DNA from: Candidatus Zixiibacteriota bacterium
GTDB taxonomy: Bacteria > Zixibacteria > MSB-5A5 > WJJR01
Assembly (NCBI GenBank): GCA_036170655.1
Contig: JAVHPP010000087.1
Location: 1-12,685, forward strand
Direction of reading: 5' to 3'
Length of the DNA stretch: 12,685 nucleotides
A program made the translations under genes and the position numbers. This document shows, one piece after another, positions 1-6,516 of the stretch (position 1 is its first letter; each line of letters starts with the position of its first letter). Below the pieces are notes generated by a model. That model searched no databases. It worked only from the letters and a program-made list of their open reading frames with translations, and was not told the origin of the DNA.

Positions 1-88
1 CCCGGCAGATGCGCTCGTGAGAGTAGAGATTCCGGTCGAATCCGCCACCCCGCCGTTCCGGCAGAGTTATGTTGAGCCGTCGATTCAT
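1..88 (-). CDS. Possible ribbon-helix-helix (CopG/antitoxin-like) protein N-terminus or remnant; runs off the window edge
   Basis: ATG at 88 reads MNRRLNITLPE, which resembles the beta-ribbon start of RHH proteins. It continues RRGGGFDRNLYSHERICR, which does not look like RHH helices. A TATAAT and an inverted repeat lie upstream. Confidence 0.3.
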   Translation of the reverse strand, partial: MNRRLNITLPERRGGGFDRNLYSHERICR

Positions 89-118
89 GGTGTTTCGACT
101 TCCATTCCTTCTTAGCCC

Positions 119-147
119 ATTATACACACCAATCATGTGTACATCAG
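119..147 (-). promoter_or_regulatory. Putative sigma70 promoter with overlapping operator-like inverted repeat
   Basis: Minus strand reads CTGATG (147-142), N17, then a perfect TATAAT (124-119). TACACA-N7-TGTGTA (123-141) spans the spacer and overlaps the -10 box. Confidence 0.5.
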
Positions 148-232
148 GACCCACCAAGCTATTGAAGGGATTTCGTGGCCGGCTCTCCTGACGGGTGCCT
201 ATCACGAAGACGTGTGGCCGCACCACCGCCCA

Positions 233-260
233 CGGTCTGCGGTCTGCGGTCTGCGGTCTG
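233..260. repeat. Heptanucleotide tandem repeat (CGGTCTG)x4
   Basis: Four exact copies at 233-239, 240-246, 247-253 and 254-260, just downstream of the SDR stop codon. Confidence 0.95.
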
Positions 261-278
261 CGTGCGAAAGCGTCCGGG

Positions 279-995
279 CTATTCAGGACGGGTCACGCGG
301 ATCTCGAGCTCACGGATAAAAATGCGCTTGGGCTGGCGGGCAATATAGACCACGGCGTCGGCAACGTCTGCCGCCTGGATCATGTTGGCCGCCCGGATTC
401 GGGCCGATGACCGGTGGAAGTCGGGGGCATTGACCGACCCGGGGCAAATGGCGGCCACGCGGATATTGTGTTTTCGCAGGTCCAAACCCATACACTCGGA
501 CAGCCCCATGATGCCGAACTTTGACGCGCAGTATCCCCCGCCGCCCAAGAAGCCGGCTTTGCCGGCGATCGAGGCGATGTTGATGATCGTTCCTCCGCCC
601 TGGTCTTTCATTACCGGCACCACTGCGCGGGAGCAGAGGAAGGCGCCGCGGAGATTGGTCGCGATCATCTCATCAAACTGCGGGATAGTCAATTCTTCGA
701 TGGATCCCATGTGGCCGACCCCGGCATTGTTCACCAGCAGATCGACACCGCCGAGCCAGCCAATCGCCGCCTGGAATTGGTGCTCGACCGCTGCGGCATC
801 GGTCAGGTCACAGGGAAAAATCTGCGCCTCGGCCTCCCGCAATGCGCAGTCTTTGGCGCGGTCTTCGAGGGTGCCGGCGCCTCGGGCGATCAACGCCAGC
901 CGGGCCCCTTCGTCGGCAAGGCGCTCGGTAATCGCCCGGCCGATGCCGCGTGACGCCCCGGTCACGATGGCCCGGATTCCCGTCAACTGCCCCAC
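279..995 (-). CDS. Classical short-chain dehydrogenase/reductase (SDR) family NAD(P)-dependent oxidoreductase
   Basis: TGASRGIG Rossmann motif, NNAG, catalytic Ser (IASIAG), YCASK, and ICPG. GTG start with GGGAG upstream. Substrate cannot be determined. Confidence 0.95.
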   Translation of the reverse strand: MGQLTGIRAIVTGASRGIGRAITERLADEGARLALIARGAGTLEDRAKDCALREAEAQIFPCDLTDAAAVEHQFQAAIGWLGGVDLLVNNAGVGHMGSIEELTIPQFDEMIATNLRGAFLCSRAVVPVMKDQGGGTIINIASIAGKAGFLGGGGYCASKFGIMGLSECMGLDLRKHNIRVAAICPGSVNAPDFHRSSARIRAANMIQAADVADAVVYIARQPKRIFIRELEIRVTRPE

Positions 996-1019
996 GTCAG
1001 CCCCGCGCTCCCGAAACCG

Positions 1020-1358
1020 TTACTTGAAACTGGCAATCGCATCGTCCAGTGTGTCGTAGGTTTCGAATACCGACATCAGCTTGGAGATGATCAGAATCTT
1101 CTCGATCTTCCCCGTCAGATTCGCCAGCCGCAGATGGCCCCCCCCATCCTGAAACTTCTTCCAATGATGGATAAGGATCGAAAGGCCCGATGAGTTAATC
1201 CAGTCGGTCTCTTTCAGATCAATGACGACTTTCTTGACCCCTCGGCCCATCAGGGCGTAGAGTTTTTCGTCCAGTTCTCCGGTGTCGACCCCCCCCATCA
1301 GCTTTCCCTTCGGTTCGAGAATCGCGACCCCGTCCTTTTCCCATGCTTTGACCTTCAT
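1020..1358 (-). CDS. STAS-domain anti-sigma factor antagonist (SpoIIAA/RsbV-like)
   Basis: 112 aa with VVIDL...WINSSGLSIL (phosphorylatable Ser motif), LRLANL and a C-terminal FETYDTLDDAIASF. GGAGG RBS at 1368-1364. Confidence 0.93.
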   Translation of the reverse strand: MKVKAWEKDGVAILEPKGKLMGGVDTGELDEKLYALMGRGVKKVVIDLKETDWINSSGLSILIHHWKKFQDGGGHLRLANLTGKIEKILIISKLMSVFETYDTLDDAIASFK

Positions 1359-1387
1359 CGTTCCTCCATCGAAGTGGATTCATCAGA

Positions 1388-1404
1388 CGCAACGGACTTG
1401 CCAG
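1388..1404 (-). promoter_or_regulatory. Putative sigma54 (-24/-12) promoter for the STAS-SDR genes
   Basis: Minus strand CTGGCAAGTCCGTTGCG versus consensus YTGGCACG-N4-TTGCW, with exact GG-N10-GC spacing. Predicted TSS ~1377, just upstream of the RBS. Confidence 0.65.
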
Positions 1405-1431
1405 TATAGCCAATTCTGCCCGAGGTATCAA
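1403..1431 (-). promoter_or_regulatory. Putative sigma70 promoter for the STAS-SDR genes
   Basis: Minus strand TTGATA (1431-1426), N17, TATACT (1408-1403); 5/6 matches in both boxes. Confidence 0.7.
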
Positions 1432-1512
1432 CCCCTCAGACCCGGGAGGGGATCCTCCGCGCCCCCCTGCAACTGATGCCTGCTCGCTCGGGAGATTCGC
1501 CGCCCCGCACGG

Positions 1513-1692
1513 GTGCGCGTTGAAAAACGCCTTGATTCCGCAAACAAATCCTCGTGTCGCAAGGGGGAGGGCGAGCCTCCCGGCGAGCCTCTTTTCCCGA
1601 TGGACAAAGAGGCTCAGCAGGAGCTTCGCCCTCCCGAAACGAGGGTTCTCATTCCCTTGAAGTTCTGTGTATTCGCCTCTTTCAACAAGCCC
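1513..1692. mobile_element. Possible MITE-like non-autonomous element containing a REP doublet
   Basis: Imperfect inverted ends share GTTGAAA (1519-1525 versus TTTCAAC 1680-1686). The direct repeat CACGGGTGC occurs at 1508-1516 and 1692-1700. A long inverted repeat lies inside. Confidence 0.45.
1565..1635. repeat. REP/REPIN-like long imperfect inverted repeat
   Basis: Arm 1565-1594 (GGGAGGGCGAGCCTCCCGGCGAGCCTCTTT) versus reverse complement of 1606-1635 (GGGAGGGCGAAGCTCCTGCTGAGCCTCTTT): 25/30 identical, with an 11-nt spacer. Confidence 0.8.
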
Positions 1693-1779
1693 ACGGGTGC
1701 CGGGCAGCGAATGGATAAGGGAAATGTGGGATTTGGCCGATACACTCTGTGTAGCGTCACCTTTGGGGGAGCCGAACCG

Positions 1780-3150
1780 ATGTCAAGCATTCTGGTTGTG
1801 GAAGATAAAGATTCCGTCCGTCACATGTTGGCGGATACGCTGGTCACAAAAGGTCATGCGGTTGAAGTCGCCCGCAACGGTCATTCCGCGGTGGAAAAGG
1901 CCAAAGCGAATCGGTTCGACCTGGTGCTGACCGATCTGAAACTGCCGGAGATGGACGGGCTGGAGGTCCTCAGCGCGATCAAGGAGAACGATCCGGAGAC
2001 ACCGGTCATTGTCATGACCGCCTACGGTACAATCGAAACGGCTGTGGACGCGATGAAAAAGGGGGCTTTCGATTTCCTCACCAAGCCGTTCGACCCAGAT
2101 CACCTCTCCGTCTTGATCGACAGAGCCCTCGAAAACCGTCGGATGATCGCAGAAAACTCTTTGTTGCGCAGCGAGTTAGCCAACAAGATGGGGTACGATC
2201 AGATCATCGGCGCTTCTGCCACCATGCGCGAGGTCGAGCAACTCGTCCAGAAGGTCGCGCCATCGGAAACAACCGTGTTGTTTCAAGGCGAGAGCGGGAC
2301 GGGCAAGGAATTATTCGCCGCCGGAGTACACCATCTTTCACCACGCAAGGACAAGCCGTACATCACCATCAACTGCGCCGCTATCCCTCGGGAACTGCTC
2401 GAGAATGAGCTTTTCGGGTCTGAACAGGGGGCGTTTACATCCTCACATCGTTTGAAATTGGGGAAGTTCGAGATCGCCGACGGCGGCACAGTCTTCCTTG
2501 ATGAAGTCGGTGACATGGATATGTCTCTGCAGGCAAAGCTCCTGCGTATCCTGCAGCAGAAGACATTTGAGCGCCTTGGTGGGACAAAGGAGATCATGGT
2601 CAACCTGCGGGTGATCGCAGCCACCAACATCGATCTAAAAGCCGCGATCGAGGCCAAGACGTTCCGTGAAGACCTGTACTATCGTCTGTCAGTCTTTCCG
2701 ATCCGCATTCCGCCCCTGCGCGAACGCCGCGAGGATATCCCCAAGCTGGCCGAGTACTTCATCGCCAAGTATTGTGCTGAGATGAAGAGACCCGTGAAAA
2801 AGATGTCCCAGGAATCGCTCAAACTGATGGACCGGTACAACTGGCCCGGCAACGTGCGTGAACTGGAAAACACCATCGAGCGGGCCATCATCCTCTGCGA
2901 AAGCCGGTACATCAACCCGGATCACCTCGCCATCCGAATCCCAACCGATCAGGAGATTCGCCTCCGTGAAGGGGCCGGGCTAAAGGAAATCGGGCAGCAT
3001 GCCCAAATGCAGGCAGAGCGGGCCGCCATTGTCCGCGTCTTGGAACAGACACGAGGCAATAAACGCAAGACGGCAGAAATCCTAAAAATTGATTATACGA
3101 CCTTGTTCGAGAAACTGAAACGATACACTATCGAAGCCTCGCGCAATTAG
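1780..3150 (+). CDS. NtrC/AtoC-family sigma54-dependent response regulator (REC + AAA+ + Fis-type HTH)
   Basis: Receiver domain (ILVVEDK, phospho-Asp in TDLKLP, MTAYG, KPF), Walker A GESGTGKE, GAFTSS loop, Walker B FLDE, FREDLYYRL, WPGNVRELEN, and C-terminal HTH. Start moved to ATG 1780 because of the GGGGGAG RBS at 1765-1771. Confidence 0.96.
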   Translation: MSSILVVEDKDSVRHMLADTLVTKGHAVEVARNGHSAVEKAKANRFDLVLTDLKLPEMDGLEVLSAIKENDPETPVIVMTAYGTIETAVDAMKKGAFDFLTKPFDPDHLSVLIDRALENRRMIAENSLLRSELANKMGYDQIIGASATMREVEQLVQKVAPSETTVLFQGESGTGKELFAAGVHHLSPRKDKPYITINCAAIPRELLENELFGSEQGAFTSSHRLKLGKFEIADGGTVFLDEVGDMDMSLQAKLLRILQQKTFERLGGTKEIMVNLRVIAATNIDLKAAIEAKTFREDLYYRLSVFPIRIPPLRERREDIPKLAEYFIAKYCAEMKRPVKKMSQESLKLMDRYNWPGNVRELENTIERAIILCESRYINPDHLAIRIPTDQEIRLREGAGLKEIGQHAQMQAERAAIVRVLEQTRGNKRKTAEILKIDYTTLFEKLKRYTIEASRN

Positions 3151-3314
3151 GGACACGGGGCATCAAGTCTGCGGCCATTTATAGATTCGAAACTGGACGA
3201 TCGCGAAAGACGGATTGACAGAGTCATCCGCGGGGAACTGCAACATGGCCTTGGCAGCCGTTGAGCCGGGCCACGGGCCAGACGCTCCCTGCAGTACGGC
3301 GATCAATTTTGTCC

Positions 3315-3345
3315 TTGACAGATCACGAGGAGATTGTGTTATCAG
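3315..3345 (+). promoter_or_regulatory. Possible sigma70 promoter for the zinc-ribbon gene leader
   Basis: Perfect TTGACA at 3315-3320. The -10 box is only moderate: TGTTAT at a 16-nt spacer, or TGnTATCAG at a 19-nt spacer. Confidence 0.35.
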
Positions 3346-3611
3346 GGCCATCACCCCATGCAGATGATAATTTGGGGAGTAAACTGCATGATTGGGTTTG
3401 GGCTATTGCGGTAGTGTTACGAGTGGATTGGCCGCTGGCGGTATTCCGTCTGCGGTGAAGCGTATTCACTGGATCCATGGACTGGGTCAGATACGTGAGG
3501 GTCTCTATTTAATTGGTCAGTTCCGGCATCATCGCTGAGGCACATCGGATTCGTTGTCCGTCCCGGTCAACCGGGGACAGTCTCAGTTCTGAAGCCGGAG
3601 CACAAGTGCTC
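3346..3611 (+). ncRNA. Candidate structured 5' leader / cis-regulatory RNA (no known family recognised)
   Basis: A run of adjacent hairpins, then a nested multi-stem domain (3521-3600) and GAGCAC-AA-GTGCTC abutting the RBS. Several stems need G-U pairs, which favours the + strand. Confidence 0.4.
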
Positions 3612-3623
3612 AAGGAGGGGTAC

Positions 3624-3803
3624 ATGTTGGGAGAAAATGGCCGAAAGCACCGCATTTTGATCTGCGTGGACTGCGGCGAAGAGTTTGTTTTCACCGTCCA
3701 AGCACAGGAATACTTCGAAGAAAAGGGGTTCAACCAGTCCCCAAAACGTTGTAAGGTTTGCCACAGCAAGCACAAGCGGGAACAAAACAAGGTCCCGTCG
3801 TGA
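3624..3803 (+). CDS. Small zinc-ribbon protein (zf-trcl/PF13451-like), 59 aa
   Basis: ILICVDCGEEFVFTVQAQEYFEEKGFNQSPKRCKVC fits the family pattern CxDCGxEFxFTxxxQxxxxEKGF..PxRCxxC. Strong AAGGAGG RBS at 3612-3618 supports ATG 3624. Confidence 0.9.
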   Translation: MLGENGRKHRILICVDCGEEFVFTVQAQEYFEEKGFNQSPKRCKVCHSKHKREQNKVPS

Positions 3804-4004
3804 TATCCAAGACGTCTTGGTGACCCGCCGTTCATCGCGGAGAGTCCTGACGTCACCTGTGGAATAAGTATTTAAGCGATCCAGGCAGTACCCCACCCGG
3901 GGCCGATCAGAGTCAGACAATTTGCGTTTCTTATGTGACGTGCCGCGCCCGCTCAGTCAGGCCGCGCGAGCGCCGAGGGAACAGTGTGCTACTCCCCGGT
4001 AATG

Positions 4005-4811
4005 CTACTTGATGAAGTGAGAGATGTAGTAAGAAATGATGCTTTCTCCCCAGAAAACGGTGACGAGTGCGGCCAGCGCCAGTGATGGGCCAAACGGGAT
4101 CTGACGGTGTTTGCGGAGCGATGCAGAGAAGATCATCGCCACCAAGGAGATCACCAGACCGATCATCGCCGCCAGAACGAAGACAAGGAGCACCTTCCAG
4201 ACACCAAGGAACGCGCCGAGCACCGCCGCGAGTTTGATGTCTCCCCCTCCCAGGCTTTCCTTTTTGAATAACCATTGCCCCAAGTAGGCCAGACCCAGAA
4301 AGCCGCCAAAGCCGACCGCGGCGCCGGCGAGTGACTGGGTAAACGTAAGGTGCGGCGACAACAGAGAAATGCCGAGGCCCACAACGACGCCGGAATAGGT
4401 CAGTTCGTTGGGGATGATCTGAAACTCCCAGTCGATAAAGAGTATCGCGATCAGCGAGGCGCCCAGATACCAAAATCCCAGAGTGGCGACCGTCGGACCG
4501 TAACGCGCAAAGAACGCCAGGAACAGCCCCGCGCAAATCCCCTCAACAGCCGGATAGACCCAGCGGATCGGCGCATGGCAAAATCCGCACTTTCCGCGTA
4601 GCACAAGCCATGAGACCAGCGGAATGTTGTGATACCAGTGCAACGAATTTCCGCACGAGGGACAATGGGAACGCGGCCACAAGATGGACAGGTCACGGGG
4701 AAGACGCCAGATCAGGACATTGACAAAGCTGCCCACCGCCAGCCCCAGGGCAGCAACCAGCGCCCACGCCCACGGCGAATGCAGAATGGCATCGTGCAGG
4801 AATTGATCCAT
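4005..4811 (-). CDS. pilD: Type IV prepilin peptidase / N-methyltransferase (peptidase A24A)
   Basis: GSFVNVLIWRLP, SHCPSC and GKCGFC Zn motifs, catalytic Asp residues in FIDWE and GGGDIKL, IPFGP, and many TM segments. ATG 4811 lies 1 nt after the upstream stop codon. Confidence 0.95.
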   Translation of the reverse strand: MDQFLHDAILHSPWAWALVAALGLAVGSFVNVLIWRLPRDLSILWPRSHCPSCGNSLHWYHNIPLVSWLVLRGKCGFCHAPIRWVYPAVEGICAGLFLAFFARYGPTVATLGFWYLGASLIAILFIDWEFQIIPNELTYSGVVVGLGISLLSPHLTFTQSLAGAAVGFGGFLGLAYLGQWLFKKESLGGGDIKLAAVLGAFLGVWKVLLVFVLAAMIGLVISLVAMIFSASLRKHRQIPFGPSLALAALVTVFWGESIISYYISHFIK

Positions 4812-4812
4812 C

Positions 4813-6486
4813 TCAGTCTCTTTCAATCCGCGCCGACGGACTTTCAGCACTTGGCTTGACAAGCACCCAGACATGGACCGGGATCAGAGGCAGTATCAGA
4901 TTTAGGAGCCAGACCGGTCCGCGTTGCACAGTGCGGCGCACCCGACCACGGCGCCCATCCGCGAATTGTTGCGGCCGCTTGATGATATCCACGGTGTAAT
5001 CAACAACCTTGAACCCGCGTACCAGCGTGCACAGATGACGGTACGAAAGCAAGCGGACGTCATAGCGCACTCTTTTCCCGGCCAGTTTCATGTAGATATC
5101 GGCCAGACGATGCGGCAGCCACGACAGAAACGGCAGTTTGTAATGGCCTTCGATCAGGACATGACGGGTCCCGATTCCGAAATAGCAGACGCCGCCGGGA
5201 CGCAGCACACGCCAGATTTCGTCCATCAACCCCGTTTGGTCATCGACGTGCTCGTAGACCTGGTTGCAAATGACACCATCCACAGAGCTGTCGGCCAGCG
5301 GCATCCGGCAGCCATCACCGCCACAGAATTGCAGCCGGCCAGGGCCGATACCGGCGTGAACAGCCAGCCGCGCCCCATTCCCAACGCCAACCCCGTCAGT
5401 ATCCAGCCCGATCACACGTCCAAATGCCGAGGCGAATCGCCGGGTCATGATCCCGGTCGAGCAGCCAACATCCACGACTGTCTTCGAAACAACGCCACCC
5501 TGCCAGTAATCCGACAAGACAGCGATGACCTTCTCTGCTTTTTCCAGCCGCCCTTCGGGATCGAACAGGATTGGAAACCGTTCGGAGAAGGTCCCGGCTG
5601 CATCGTTCACATGCGTGATGGCTTCGCATGGACAGGTCGGTCCTCCGCTGACGCGAGAGCCATCGGCCTGTGGCTCGCTTCCTGTCTGGTTTTGGGTGCG
5701 CCCGGCTCCTTGATACTTCTCCCCTGTCACCGGATGACCATGTACGCCAACCGTGCACGGTCTCAGCCGATAGATGCGCGACAGCGAAAAGAGGCCAGGC
5801 CAGCGATTGGCAAGGACATTGCCAGCACGGTGCGGCCATCCCCCCAGCCAGCGAGGGGGCACAATGGACTGTGAAGATGAGCACCCGACAGTCAATCCAC
5901 AGGTTGCGAAGAGACGCTGGTGCTCGGCGGGCGTGTAAAACTTGATGTGTGTGTCCTCGATTCCGCCAAAGTTCACCCGCCCCCAGAGGATTGCCAACCG
6001 GCGCACGAGGTGAAACTCATTGGGAAGACTGACGATGAGCGCTCCATCGGCCGCGAGGGCGTCACGGAGTTTGGTCAGCACGGAAACAGGATCGCGCACC
6101 TGCTGGAGCACTTCCAGGCAAAGAATCGCATCATAAGTCCCATTGAGTGGTTCGGTTTCCAGATCAAGAACGGCGGCCTTGATCAGGGGGTGCTGGCGTT
6201 CGGTCCAGCGCACTGCCAGAGGCGAAATGTCAACAGCGGTTACATTAAACCCCAATTCGGCGAACTGAGAAGCCACAGCCCCGCGTCCGCAGCCGACATC
6301 CAGAAGGGTGCCCCTGGCACCTGTCAGAAACCGTTCGACAATGCCGATCCGCAGGCGCGTGCGCAGGTCGGCGGAGGAGAGGTCACGGGTCTCCCAGTAG
6401 CGATCAAAGAGGGCGCGCTTGTCGGGGCCCACCAAGACAGAAGAGCGCCGGGCAGCGCAATTATGTTCCTGAAATGTCGTTGTCAC
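4813..6486 (-). CDS. Tandem two-domain class I SAM-dependent methyltransferase
   Basis: Two motif-I sites (LLDVGCGRG; VVDVGCSTG), each followed by motif-II/III-like segments (YDAILCLEVLQQV...GALIVSLPN; VDGVICNQVYEHV...VLRPGG). Start uncertain: GTG 6486 has GGGAGG 10 nt upstream; ATG 6510 is the alternative. Confidence 0.88.
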   Translation of the reverse strand: MTTTFQEHNCAARRSSVLVGPDKRALFDRYWETRDLSSADLRTRLRIGIVERFLTGARGTLLDVGCGRGAVASQFAELGFNVTAVDISPLAVRWTERQHPLIKAAVLDLETEPLNGTYDAILCLEVLQQVRDPVSVLTKLRDALAADGALIVSLPNEFHLVRRLAILWGRVNFGGIEDTHIKFYTPAEHQRLFATCGLTVGCSSSQSIVPPRWLGGWPHRAGNVLANRWPGLFSLSRIYRLRPCTVGVHGHPVTGEKYQGAGRTQNQTGSEPQADGSRVSGGPTCPCEAITHVNDAAGTFSERFPILFDPEGRLEKAEKVIAVLSDYWQGGVVSKTVVDVGCSTGIMTRRFASAFGRVIGLDTDGVGVGNGARLAVHAGIGPGRLQFCGGDGCRMPLADSSVDGVICNQVYEHVDDQTGLMDEIWRVLRPGGVCYFGIGTRHVLIEGHYKLPFLSWLPHRLADIYMKLAGKRVRYDVRLLSYRHLCTLVRGFKVVDYTVDIIKRPQQFADGRRGRVRRTVQRGPVWLLNLILPLIPVHVWVLVKPSAESPSARIERD

Positions 6487-6516
6487 TGAATGGAATCCTC
6501 CCGCGCCCATAATTCG

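Noticed and set aside
137..410. Short + strand ORFs (137-319, 195-410)
   Set aside because: They translate the heptamer repeat and overlap the SDR antisense; no RBS or motif support.
1445..1458. GGAGG-ggat-CCTCC as the activator's upstream binding site
   Set aside because: Only 5-bp arms, single copy, GC-rich context; cannot be distinguished from chance.
1513..1779. 89-aa N-terminal extension of the NtrC-like ORF
   Set aside because: It translates the REP/MITE-like repeat. The receiver domain and a good RBS begin at ATG 1780.
3251..3266. TTGGCAGCCGTTGAGC as a second sigma54 promoter
   Set aside because: GG-N10-GC spacing is present, but the TT before GC and the CG after GGCA are missing; too weak in GC-rich DNA.
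3513..3623. N-terminal extension of the zinc-ribbon ORF (96-aa version)
   Set aside because: A strong AAGGAGG precedes ATG 3624, and the extension coincides with the structured leader.
3151..3623. tRNA, tmRNA, RNase P, SRP RNA or a common riboswitch in the long intergenic region
   Set aside because: I found no hallmark motifs by eye (T-loop with cloverleaf, GAGGAAAGTCC, SRP GGAA/AGCAG loop). An Rfam scan is still needed.
4812..4874. Longer pilD start at 4874
   Set aside because: It would overlap the methyltransferase 3' end; ATG 4811 fits coupling and the usual PilD N-terminus.
4924..5874. Long antisense or alternate-frame ORFs (316 aa here; also 382-1059, 3931-4536, 7814-8422, 10880-11467)
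   Set aside because: They shadow well-supported genes, have no recognisable motifs, and are expected in GC-rich coding DNA.
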